A DNA stretch of 64,000 nucleotides from Nitrospirota bacterium. Its GTDB lineage: Bacteria > Nitrospirota > Thermodesulfovibrionia > Thermodesulfovibrionales > SM23-35. The position numbers were made by a program, and so were the translations under genes. The stretch lies in NCBI GenBank assembly GCA_040753955.1, contig JBFMDQ010000002.1, forward strand, positions 6,592 to 70,591, in the 5' to 3' direction. The notes beneath the pieces are model-generated. The model had not been told where the DNA came from. It searched no databases and saw only the letters and a program-made list of their open reading frames with translations. How positions within the stretch are numbered: position 1 is the first letter of the stretch; every line of letters begins with the position of its first letter. Of the stretch, positions 8,342-17,119 are shown one piece after another.

Positions 8342-9001
8342 ATGGTTAAGATAGCACCTTCGATACTTTCTGCCAATTTTCTGAAACTCGGGGAGGAGAT
8401 AAAGACTGCCGAGGATGCAGGTGCAGACATGCTTCACATTGACATTATGGACGGCCACTTCGTTCCTAATATAACCATTGGTCCCTTTATAGTAGAGTCG
8501 ATCCGTAAGATTACATCTCTGCCGCTCGATGTCCACCTAATGATCGAGGAACCAGATAAATATCTGAGAGATTTCATAAAAGCAGGTGCGGATTACCTGA
8601 CAGTCCATTATGAGGCTTCGGTACACCTTCATAGGACAGTACATTGGATAAAGGAAAGCGGAGTAAAGGCTGGCGTTTCGCTTAATCCTGCAACACCTGT
8701 CTGGAATCTTGAGCATATAATATCGGATGTTGATATTGCCCTCCTGATGTCTGTAAATCCAGGCTTTGGTGGACAGGACTTTATTCCACAGATCCTCGAC
8801 AAGATAAAGATTTTAAAAAAGCTCCTAAGGGAGAAAGGGCTTTCAACTCTTATAGAGGTAGACGGTGGTGTAAAACTCGAGAATGCTGGGGAGATTATAT
8901 CTGCAGGGGCAGACATTCTTGTAATGGGTTCCGCCTTTTTTAATTCTAAAGACTACGGGAAAACCATCAAACAATTTAGAGAAGTCCTTGGAAACAGATA
9001 G
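8342..9001 (+). CDS. rpe: ribulose-phosphate 3-epimerase
   Basis: MVKIAPSILSANF start, plus HIDIMDGHFVPN and MSVNPGFGGQ motifs. The ORF's upstream extension to 8279 is derived from the hairpin repeat. Confidence 0.95.
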   Translation: MVKIAPSILSANFLKLGEEIKTAEDAGADMLHIDIMDGHFVPNITIGPFIVESIRKITSLPLDVHLMIEEPDKYLRDFIKAGADYLTVHYEASVHLHRTVHWIKESGVKAGVSLNPATPVWNLEHIISDVDIALLMSVNPGFGGQDFIPQILDKIKILKKLLREKGLSTLIEVDGGVKLENAGEIISAGADILVMGSAFFNSKDYGKTIKQFREVLGNR

Positions 9002-10064
9002 AGTTCTTCATCATGCAGAAAAGCTAAAAGAAAAATCTCTATATCTACAATCGCTAAAGCTATTTAAAAAGGCATTTCAGAGATACACAAAGATATGTGA
9101 CCTGGAAGGCATGCTCCATTGCATACTTTCTCGGGGCGATATTTACAGGATGATAGGAAATTTTGACCTCGCTGCAAAAAGCTATTCAGAAGCAATAGGG
9201 CTTGCCAGAAAACACAGGGAAACGATCTGGGCTGCTGATGCAAGGGTTGGGCTCGGTCTCTCCTTGAGGGCACAGGGCAAATGGAAGAAGGCGATAAAAC
9301 TCGTCCGTGAATCGAAGAGGACATACCATAAAAAAGGCGACAGAGAGGGTCTTGCCTTTTCGCTCTGGGCAGAGGCAGGAGCCTTAAGGATAAAAGGTGC
9401 AATCATGGAGGCAATCAGGACATTCAAGGCCTCCCTTAAGATATTTAAAACCCTCAAGGACACACAGGGTATTGGTTTTTGCCTTTGTAGCCTTGGGGGT
9501 GCATCCAGGGTTGCAGGGCTTTACAGCAATTCTCTCAAATACTATACTGCTGCAAACAGATTATTTTCTAATATCAAGGATATATTCGGAATAGCGTATT
9601 CCCACTGTGGTATCGGAAACGCCTACAGGATGAAGAAGGATTATAAAAGTGCCCTTAATAATTTCAAGAAGGCAATCAGACTCTATAAAAAGATTGGTGA
9701 CAGGGTAAGTTACTCCTATACTCTATGGAGTCTCGGGACAACTTACAAGATGATGGGGAACTTCAAAAAGGCACGTGATAATTTCATCAGGGCTATGCTA
9801 CTATTTGAGAAGACAAAAGACCCGAGGGGTATGATCTACTGCAAACTTGGTCTCGGAGAGATCGATTTTCTCGAAGGCAGAAAGGCCAATGCAAAGAGAC
9901 AGTTGAAAACAGCCTTCTACGAAGCAACTGCAAATAGCTTTGCTGTCGAGAAGTGCCATGCTGGAACGATTATATCCTTTACTAACGGAAAATTAGATGA
10001 TAGATGTTACAATAGTCTTGGATTGAAACTTAAGTTTCAAGGGCTACCTTTTAATATCCCATAA
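8988..10064 (+). CDS. TPR-repeat protein
   Basis: 358 aa with repeated A-x-x-Y-x-x-A-(I/L) periodicity (e.g. GNFDLAAKSYSEAIGLAR, KDYKSALNNFKKAIRLYKKIGD). Confidence 0.65.
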   Translation: METDRVLHHAEKLKEKSLYLQSLKLFKKAFQRYTKICDLEGMLHCILSRGDIYRMIGNFDLAAKSYSEAIGLARKHRETIWAADARVGLGLSLRAQGKWKKAIKLVRESKRTYHKKGDREGLAFSLWAEAGALRIKGAIMEAIRTFKASLKIFKTLKDTQGIGFCLCSLGGASRVAGLYSNSLKYYTAANRLFSNIKDIFGIAYSHCGIGNAYRMKKDYKSALNNFKKAIRLYKKIGDRVSYSYTLWSLGTTYKMMGNFKKARDNFIRAMLLFEKTKDPRGMIYCKLGLGEIDFLEGRKANAKRQLKTAFYEATANSFAVEKCHAGTIISFTNGKLDDRCYNSLGLKLKFQGLPFNIP

Positions 10065-10087
10065 TCTTTTCCCTATTTAGTGGAGGT

Positions 10088-10633
10088 TTGAAAGTGCAAC
10101 CTTTGAATATCCCAAACACACTTACAATAACGAGAATAATCATCATCCCTGTATTCGTAACCACAGTAGTATATAAACGCTATGACTATGCCCTCTACCT
10201 CTTCGTGATTGCAGCACTTACAGACATATTTGACGGTCTCTTTGCACGTCTTAAAAATCAGAAGACTGCATTGGGCACATTTCTCGACCCTGTCGCTGAT
10301 AAATTCCTTCTTGTCACATCATTTGTCATTTTATCAACCTATGGTTGGATACCCAAATGGATTGCGATTACAGTTATAAGCAGGGACATTATAGTTATTA
10401 CAGGCTGGTTTCTGCTTTATCTTGTCACAGGTGCAGCAACGGTTGAACCATCAGTACTCGGAAGGGCCACAATATGGATGCAAAGTGTATTTATCGCTTT
10501 TGTGCTTATGGATATGAATCTTCCCTCTATGCCAGGAATACACAGTATACTTCAGTGGACAACCGCAGGTATCACAATAACCTCCGGGCTACACTATATT
10601 TATAGGGGATTGAAACTAACACATGCAATTTGA
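10088..10633 (+). CDS. pgsA: CDP-alcohol phosphatidyltransferase (phosphatidylglycerophosphate synthase-like)
   Basis: D-G-x2-A-R-x8-G-x3-D-x3-D motif (DIFDGLFARLKNQKTALGTFLDPVADK). Multi-TM protein with a TTG start. Confidence 0.8.
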   Translation: MKVQPLNIPNTLTITRIIIIPVFVTTVVYKRYDYALYLFVIAALTDIFDGLFARLKNQKTALGTFLDPVADKFLLVTSFVILSTYGWIPKWIAITVISRDIIVITGWFLLYLVTGAATVEPSVLGRATIWMQSVFIAFVLMDMNLPSMPGIHSILQWTTAGITITSGLHYIYRGLKLTHAI

Positions 10634-11921
10634 AAACGGCCTAGAGATAGATCGTATCCATCCCGGAAGTCAGGCCGAAAAACTGGGCCTTCTTCCTGAC
10701 GATATAGTAGTATCCGTAAATTCACACAAACTTAGGGATCCTATTGACTTCATGTTTTACAGCACTGATGATTCCATCGAGATAGAAGTAAAGAGGGATG
10801 AAGAAAAGATTAACCTTCATGCAGTAAGGAAAGAGGGCAGGGAATTTGGCACATATTTTAAACCCTTTAAGGTCATGACATGCAAAAATAACTGTATATT
10901 CTGTTTCGTCAAACAGCTTCCAAAAGGGCTCCGAAAAACACTGTACATAAAAGATGATGACTACAGGATGTCTTTTCTTTATGGGAATTATGTCAGCCTT
11001 GCGAATCTAAGAAAAGAAGACAGAAGGCGCATTATTGAACAAAGGTTAAGTCCACTCTATATTTCCGTGCATTCAACAAATAAGGCCCTGAGGAATAGAC
11101 TCCTCGGAAATGCAAAGGGTCCTGACATCCTCCAAGAACTAAAATTCTTCACAGACAATAAGATAAAACTCCACACACAGATTGTCCTCTGCCCTGGCTA
11201 TAATGATGGTAAAGAACTTTATAAGACAATAAGTGACCTCCACAGATTTTATCCTTATGTCTCATCCATTGCAGTCGTCCCTGTCGGGCTTACCATGTAC
11301 AGGAGGTATACCATCCGGTCTGTCGAGAAAGAAGAAGCCAGAGATGCACTGAAGATAATCGAGTCTTTCCAGAAGAGGTTTAAAAAGAAACACGGTGACC
11401 CTATTGTATATGGGGCAGATGAACTCTATATTAAGGCAGAAATCCCTTTTCCACCGCTTAAAGACTATAGGGATTTTCCCCAGATAGAAAATGGTGTAGG
11501 AATGGTACCACTCTTCATGAAGCGTGTAAGGAAACTCAAGTTACCAAAGTCGCTTCCTCGCAAAAAGAAGTTCCTTACATTTACAGGGCAGTCGTTTTAT
11601 CCTTTTCTAAAAAAGTTTGTAAGACTCCTTGAGATAGAGGGTATGGATATAGATCTAATTCCTGTTGAGAATAGATTTTTCGGGGCATCCATTACTGTTA
11701 CAGGACTGCTAATAGGCAGGGATGTAATAAGAACACTATTAGATAAAATAGATGGCAAGGAAGTGGTACTTGTACCCGACGTAGTCCTGAAGGATAGGGA
11801 GGACATGTTTCTCGATGACATCACTCTAAGGGATATGGAAGAGGCACTCGGTATACCCGTAAAAAAGATCGAATCAATTCCGGAGGGGCTGATACGGGGT
11901 ATTGCGGGAGAAGGAGAATGA
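10623..11921 (+). CDS. PDZ-domain / DUF512-type putative radical SAM protein
   Basis: N-terminal PDZ-like segment (GSQAEKLGLLPDDIVVSVN), a Cys cluster CKNNCIFCF, and the length typical of the family (~430 aa). Confidence 0.65.
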   Translation: MQFENGLEIDRIHPGSQAEKLGLLPDDIVVSVNSHKLRDPIDFMFYSTDDSIEIEVKRDEEKINLHAVRKEGREFGTYFKPFKVMTCKNNCIFCFVKQLPKGLRKTLYIKDDDYRMSFLYGNYVSLANLRKEDRRRIIEQRLSPLYISVHSTNKALRNRLLGNAKGPDILQELKFFTDNKIKLHTQIVLCPGYNDGKELYKTISDLHRFYPYVSSIAVVPVGLTMYRRYTIRSVEKEEARDALKIIESFQKRFKKKHGDPIVYGADELYIKAEIPFPPLKDYRDFPQIENGVGMVPLFMKRVRKLKLPKSLPRKKKFLTFTGQSFYPFLKKFVRLLEIEGMDIDLIPVENRFFGASITVTGLLIGRDVIRTLLDKIDGKEVVLVPDVVLKDREDMFLDDITLRDMEEALGIPVKKIESIPEGLIRGIAGEGE

Positions 11922-12742
11922 AACTTAGCGGCAGGACAAAAATAACAGGACTCTTTGGATATCCCGTCGAACATACCCTATCCCCTGCAATGCATAATGC
12001 TGCATTTGAAGCACTTGGCCTTGATTACTGCTATGTTGCCTTTCCGGTACATCCTGATTACATAAAAGATGCGGTAATGGCAATAAGGGCACTTAATATA
12101 GCCGGGGTAAATGTTACTATTCCACACAAGGAAAGGGTAATCCCTTTCCTTGATGACATTGATGAGGAGGCATCTTTCATCGGCGCAGTAAATACTATAG
12201 TAAATTCAAGTGGCAGGTTAAAGGGTTATAATACTGACGGGAGGGGATTTACGCAATCACTTTCCGAGCGTGGTATCCCTGCGGAAGGCAAGGATATATT
12301 AATAATAGGTGCAGGAGGTGCATCAAGGTCAATAAGCTACTATCTGGGCCAGAGGGCGGAAGGATTATTTTTGTACGACATTGACGAAGAAAAGGCGGAA
12401 AGACTCGTACAGGATTTGAAAAAGATTCTTAGTAATATATCGGCCGTTGATGATATTACCAGAACTGAAAGATTCCATATAATAATAAACGCTACACCTT
12501 TAGGGTTAAAAGGGGAAGACCCCTTACCCTTTGATACAACTCTCCTCAGGCCAGACCAGACTGTTTGCGATCTTATCTATAAAAAGACTAGGCTCCTCGA
12601 AGAGGCATCAAAAAAGGGATGTGTAACCTTGAATGGTCTGGGCATGCTTCTATGGCAGGGAGTTTTCGCATTCGAGCTCTGGACAGGTAGGAAACCACCC
12701 GTTGATGTCATGCGAGATGCCTTGTACAAGAGCCTGAAATAG
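11918..12742 (+). CDS. aroE: shikimate dehydrogenase
   Basis: GYPVEHTLSPAMHNAAF, GVNVTIPHK and GAGGASRS motifs. Confidence 0.9.
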   Translation: MKLSGRTKITGLFGYPVEHTLSPAMHNAAFEALGLDYCYVAFPVHPDYIKDAVMAIRALNIAGVNVTIPHKERVIPFLDDIDEEASFIGAVNTIVNSSGRLKGYNTDGRGFTQSLSERGIPAEGKDILIIGAGGASRSISYYLGQRAEGLFLYDIDEEKAERLVQDLKKILSNISAVDDITRTERFHIIINATPLGLKGEDPLPFDTTLLRPDQTVCDLIYKKTRLLEEASKKGCVTLNGLGMLLWQGVFAFELWTGRKPPVDVMRDALYKSLK

Positions 12743-12746
12743 AAAG

Positions 12747-13205
12747 CTATGAAACCTCGAAGATAAACTCTATCTCCAGAGGTGAATTAAGGGGGAGGAC
12801 ATTTACGCCAACTGCAGCTCTTACGTGTCTACCTCTCTCGCCAAAGATTTCGAAGAGTAAATCGGAGGCTGCATTCAATACCTTTGACTGTTCCGTAAAA
12901 TCAGGTTCTGAGGCAACGTAACCCGTAATCTTAACGCATCTTCTAACTTTGTCGAGACTCCCCATATAGGCCTTCAAGACTGATAGGGCATTTATAGTGG
13001 CCACTCTTGCTTCTTCCCTCGCCTCATCAGGGCTTATATCTTTCCCTACCCTACCCTCCCTTGTGAGTCTCCCCTGTCTTAAGGGCAAAATCCCACTGAG
13101 AAAAACGAGGTTCCCCGTTCTTACAACAGGAATATATGAGCCGAGGGGAGTCGGTACCTCTGGAAGTTTTATACCGAGTTCTTTAAGCCTTTCCTCTGGC
13201 GACAT
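12747..13205 (-). CDS. RidA/YjgF family protein
   Basis: 152 aa with LVFLSGILP ... GRHVRAAVGV ... IEIEFIFEV, the typical RidA-family pattern. Its start overlaps the upstream stop (TAATG). Confidence 0.75.
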   Translation of the reverse strand: MSPEERLKELGIKLPEVPTPLGSYIPVVRTGNLVFLSGILPLRQGRLTREGRVGKDISPDEAREEARVATINALSVLKAYMGSLDKVRRCVKITGYVASEPDFTEQSKVLNAASDLLFEIFGERGRHVRAAVGVNVLPLNSPLEIEFIFEVS

Positions 13206-14464
13206 TATAATCCCAGTTCTTCAGGGGTCCCTATCCTCCCGAGAACTGCAGATGCAGCTGCAACAGCCGGGTTGGATAGATAGACCTCACTTTCTGGATG
13301 GCCCATTCTACCTATAAAATTTCTGTTAGTAGTTGCAATCGCCTTCTCGCCCTTGGCCAGTATGCCCATATGACCACCGAGACAGGGGCCACATGTTGGA
13401 GTAGATACTGCTGCCTCTGCTTCAACAAATATATCAATCAAACCCTCTCTCATTGCTTCTCTATAAATCTTCTGTGTAGCAGGGATGATAATCATTCTCA
13501 CGTTAGGGTTAACCTTCCTGCCTTTAATGACCATTGCTGCCTCCCTCAGATCCTCAAGGTGTCCATTTGTGCAGGAGCCTATGACAACCTGGTCAATAGT
13601 GACCTCAAAGAGTTCTGCCGCAGGTCTTACATTTGATGGAAGGTGAGGGCAGGAAACAGTGGGAGGAATCTTCGAACAATTATATTCCCTGACCTCTACA
13701 TAATTTGAGTCCACATCCGAGGCATAAAACTTATAATGCCTTTTTGCCCTTTCCTTCACGTAAGCCTCTGTAATTGAATCAGGTACAATTATTCCGCTCT
13801 TCCCTCCAGCCTCAATAGCCATATTGCACATCGTCAGCCTTCCATGCATTGGGAGAGACCTTATCGTTTCACCATCGAACTCCATTGCCCTGTAGAGTGC
13901 TCCATCCACTCCTATATCTCCAATTGTATGAAGTATTAAGTCTTTGGCCCCAACCCATTTATTGAGTTTACCGTAATAAATGAACTTCATTGATTCAGGA
14001 ACCTTGAACCAGCACTCTCCTGTTGCCATTGCAGCAGCCACATCTGTGGAGCCTACACCCGTTGCGAATGCCCCTAATGCACCATAGGTGCATGTATGGC
14101 TATCAGCTCCGATGACCAAGTCCCCTGGCACAACAAGCCCTTCTTCAGGTAGGAGCGCATGCTCAATCCCCATCCTGCCTACCTCAAAATAGAGGCTGAT
14201 TTTATATTCCCTCGAAAAATCCCTCACTATCTTGCACTGCTCTGCTGCATTTATGTCTTTTTGCGGTGTGAAGTGGTCAGGGATCAAGGCAATTCTATCC
14301 CTATCAAAGACATCCTTTGATCCAATTTTTTTAAATTCTGATATCGCTATGGGTGCAGTTACATCATTTGCGAGTATAAGGTCTACCTTTGCATTTGTTA
14401 ATTCCTCAGGCGATACCTCCTTTCTACCTGAATGGGCTGCAAGAATCTTCTCAGTAATTGTCAT
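13205..14464 (-). CDS. leuC: aconitase-family dehydratase large subunit (3-isopropylmalate / homoaconitate hydratase type)
   Basis: 419 aa. Fe-S ligand context GADSHTCTYGA, GSCTNG and TCGPCLG. No small-subunit gene lies next to it. Confidence 0.85.
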   Translation of the reverse strand: MTITEKILAAHSGRKEVSPEELTNAKVDLILANDVTAPIAISEFKKIGSKDVFDRDRIALIPDHFTPQKDINAAEQCKIVRDFSREYKISLYFEVGRMGIEHALLPEEGLVVPGDLVIGADSHTCTYGALGAFATGVGSTDVAAAMATGECWFKVPESMKFIYYGKLNKWVGAKDLILHTIGDIGVDGALYRAMEFDGETIRSLPMHGRLTMCNMAIEAGGKSGIIVPDSITEAYVKERAKRHYKFYASDVDSNYVEVREYNCSKIPPTVSCPHLPSNVRPAAELFEVTIDQVVIGSCTNGHLEDLREAAMVIKGRKVNPNVRMIIIPATQKIYREAMREGLIDIFVEAEAAVSTPTCGPCLGGHMGILAKGEKAIATTNRNFIGRMGHPESEVYLSNPAVAAASAVLGRIGTPEELGL

Positions 14465-14470
14465 ATCCTT

Positions 14471-15235
14471 CTATCCTTTCTTCTCGAAGACCTTACCAGC
14501 TATTAGAACAAAGATAATAGAGGTAATAATGATCACTGATATATCTATTATAAACGGAAAATCGGGACTCATCTTGCCTTTCTCAAAAGGGAAGAGTATG
14601 TGCTTCATGGCATCGACACCATAAGTGAGGGGATTTATCTTTGAAGCGATCTTCAAGATTTCTGGTAGAAGCTTAACAGGATACATTGCACCGGAAAGAA
14701 AAAACATCGGCATGATTATAAAGTTCATTATTACGCTGAAGCTTTCATAACTCTCATAGAATGTGGCAAGGACTATACCAAAAGCGGATATAGAAAATGA
14801 TATAGAGGCACATATAAGAATGACACCTATGATCTGGAATAGGCCGAGCTTAAAACCTATAAAAGGAAAAAGGGCAAGGATAATTACTGCCTGGATGGTG
14901 GATACAACCGTACCGCTTAATGCCTTCCCAATAACTATGGAGAACCTCGATACAGGAGCAACAAGAATCTCCTTCATGAAGCCGAATTCTTTATCCCATA
15001 TTATGGATATGGATGAAAACATGGAACTGAAGAGGATTGTCATTCCAAGTATCCCTGGGAAAATAAACTGGATATATGGCACTCCTACATCCGGTGATAC
15101 GAGTCGGGATATTCCGGCACCAACGATGAATAACCACAATAGTGGCCTTGCGATTGTCGAAAAGAGGCGGCTCCTCTCCCTTATGAATTTCTTGAATTCC
15201 CTCGCTACTATCACATAAATCGCATTTATTTCCAC
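14471..15235 (-). CDS. ABC-2 type transporter permease
   Basis: 254 aa with about 6 TM segments. It lies downstream of a DrrA-like ATPase on the same strand. Confidence 0.8.
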   Translation of the reverse strand: MEINAIYVIVAREFKKFIRERSRLFSTIARPLLWLFIVGAGISRLVSPDVGVPYIQFIFPGILGMTILFSSMFSSISIIWDKEFGFMKEILVAPVSRFSIVIGKALSGTVVSTIQAVIILALFPFIGFKLGLFQIIGVILICASISFSISAFGIVLATFYESYESFSVIMNFIIMPMFFLSGAMYPVKLLPEILKIASKINPLTYGVDAMKHILFPFEKGKMSPDFPFIIDISVIIITSIIFVLIAGKVFEKKG

Positions 15236-15285
15236 TAAGGCTCTCCTTTAAACTTTCAGCATAAATGACCAATAACCAAATTCCA

Positions 15286-15440
15286 AATAACAAATAAATC
15301 TCAATTACCAATAACCAGTCACCAAAAACTCAAGTCAAAATTATCAATGAGTAATTGTCAAGTTAAATGTTCACTGATAATTTTGCATTGATAATTGATA
15401 ATTTTGTTTGGTTATTGTAATTTGGTCATTGGTTATTGTT
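15286..15440. repeat. AT-rich long imperfect palindrome inserted between the ABC ATPase and permease genes
   Basis: Left arm ATGACCAATAACCAAATTCCAAATAACAAA. Right arm TTTGTTTGGTTATTGTAATTTGGTCATTGGTTATTG is its approximate reverse complement. CCAATAACC / GGTTATTG words recur. Confidence 0.6.
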
Positions 15441-15444
15441 TTTA

Positions 15445-16419
15445 TCAGTGTCTTCTCCTGTATGCACGAACATACTCCTTAATACCTTTTTCAGAAGGGG
15501 CCTCTTCTTCTCTTATAGCCTTACCAGTGAGTTTCAAGAAGACATCATTCAGGGTTGGCCTCTGAAGCCTTACAGAGAGGACCCTTTCTCCTATCGTCCT
15601 CATCATTTCGGGTATACAGGTATCACCCATATTGCAAGTCAGGTAGAGTTCGTCCTCTTTTTCTGAAACGGCAAGCCCTAATAATCTTTCTATCTCTTCC
15701 TTCGTGTTCACATTGTCAGTAGTCTTTATATAAACAATATCTCCACCTACTGTCCTTTTTAATTCACCAGGGGTTCCCATAGCAATTATCTTTCCTCTGT
15801 CTATGATTGCAATCTTGTCACAAACTTCTGCCTCTTCCATGTAATGAGTGGTCATAAAGACAGTAACATAATGTTTTTCAGGTAGTTTTGTTATGAATTC
15901 CCAGAGGTTAGCCCTGCTCTGCGGGTCAAGCCCAAGTGTTGGCTCATCGAGGAACAGGACTCTCGGTCTATGTATCAGCCCCCTCGCAACCTCAAGCCTG
16001 CGTTTCATGCCACCTGAAAATTTCTTGACGAGGTCATCCTTCCTTTCATATAAGTCCACAAACCTCAGGGCATCATATACACGTCCCCGCATCTCGTCTT
16101 TTGGAACATTATATAAATAAGCATGAAAGACAAGGTTTTCATAAGCAGTCAGGTCCTTATCGAGGGTTGTATCCTGAAAGACTATGCCAATGGCCTTTCT
16201 GACATCTGCAGGCTCTTTCACGCAATCGTGTCCTGCAACGAAGGCCGTGCCTGAAGTGGGAGAAAGGAGTGTGCAGAGGATATTTATCGTAGTTGTCTTA
16301 CCCGCGCCATTTGGCCCGAGAAAGCCAAAGATTGTGCCTTCTTCCACCTCAAAGGAGATGTCATCAACAGCAGTGATACTATCAAATCTCTTTGTTAGAT
16401 TTTCTACCTTTATTATCAT
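15445..16419 (-). CDS. ABC transporter ATP-binding protein (DrrA-like)
   Basis: Walker A GPNGAGKTT, signature FSGGMKRRL and Walker B VLFLDEPT. Confidence 0.9.
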   Translation of the reverse strand: MIIKVENLTKRFDSITAVDDISFEVEEGTIFGFLGPNGAGKTTTINILCTLLSPTSGTAFVAGHDCVKEPADVRKAIGIVFQDTTLDKDLTAYENLVFHAYLYNVPKDEMRGRVYDALRFVDLYERKDDLVKKFSGGMKRRLEVARGLIHRPRVLFLDEPTLGLDPQSRANLWEFITKLPEKHYVTVFMTTHYMEEAEVCDKIAIIDRGKIIAMGTPGELKRTVGGDIVYIKTTDNVNTKEEIERLLGLAVSEKEDELYLTCNMGDTCIPEMMRTIGERVLSVRLQRPTLNDVFLKLTGKAIREEEAPSEKGIKEYVRAYRRRH

Positions 16420-16475
16420 TTATTTAAGTTTAACATGTATTTTGTGTTCTCTTCAAAACAGAAAAGAATAGCTTA

Positions 16476-16504
16476 TTGACCCATTCAGTTATAACTTTTA
16501 CAAT
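16476..16504 (+). promoter_or_regulatory. putative sigma70 promoter for the sixA-like gene
   Basis: TTGACC (16476-16481), a 17-nt spacer, then TACAAT (16499-16504). Confidence 0.45.
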
Positions 16505-16521
16505 ATCTCAATGCTCCTTAT

Positions 16522-16573
16522 CTAACGGAGCGGGATAAAAAATAAGCCGTTAGAGATATCTCTTCTAACGGGG
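16522..16573 (+). promoter_or_regulatory. 5'-leader with three CTAACGG/CCGTTAG motif copies able to form mutually exclusive hairpins
   Basis: CTAACGG (16522-16528), CCGTTAG (16547-16553) and CTAACGGGG (16565-16573). The middle copy is complementary to both flanking copies. It lies between the predicted promoter and the GTG at 16589. Confidence 0.45.
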
Positions 16574-16588
16574 TACGAAGGGGGTAAC

Positions 16589-17062
16589 GTGCTCCTCTAC
16601 CTTGTACAACATGGAGAGGCAAAAAGGGAAGAAGAAGATCCATCAAGACCACTCTCTGATAAAGGCACAGAGGATGTTAACAGGGCAGCATCCTATATAT
16701 CCAAGTTAAACATGGAGGTAGATGAAGTCCTTCATAGCGGTAAATTAAGGGCAAAACAGACAGCGGAGATGCTGGCTGGAAACCTGAAGATAGCAAGGGG
16801 TGTTTCAGAAACAGATGGTCTGGCACCTTTAGATGATCCAGGGCTATGGGCGGAAAGGCTGGAAGCCAGAACTAATCCCCTCATGCTTGTAGGACACCTC
16901 CCAAACCTTGGAAGGCTCGCATCTTTACTCCTCTGCGGTGATGTGGAAAAAAATATTATTGCCTTCAAGATGGGCGGTATTGTTTGCCTTAAGAGGGATG
17001 TTGAGGGGAAATGGTCTCTACAATGGATAATAACACCCGAGATTTTGGCATCTCATACATAG
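16589..17062 (+). CDS. sixA: phosphohistidine phosphatase SixA-like (histidine phosphatase superfamily)
   Basis: LYLVQHGEA (RHG-type motif) and LMLVGHLPNLG motifs; 157 aa. Confidence 0.7.
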   Translation: MLLYLVQHGEAKREEEDPSRPLSDKGTEDVNRAASYISKLNMEVDEVLHSGKLRAKQTAEMLAGNLKIARGVSETDGLAPLDDPGLWAERLEARTNPLMLVGHLPNLGRLASLLLCGDVEKNIIAFKMGGIVCLKRDVEGKWSLQWIITPEILASHT

Positions 17063-17119
17063 TCTCCCAGTCTCATAATCTCGTAGTCTCATTCTCTCGT
17101 TGTCTCATCATCTCATAAT
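17063..17119. repeat. degenerate ~8-nt tandem tract (NNNNTCTC units)
   Basis: AGTCTCCC AGTCTCAT AATCTCGT AGTCTCAT TCTCTCGT TGTCTCAT CATCTCAT AATC, lying between convergent genes. Confidence 0.6.
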
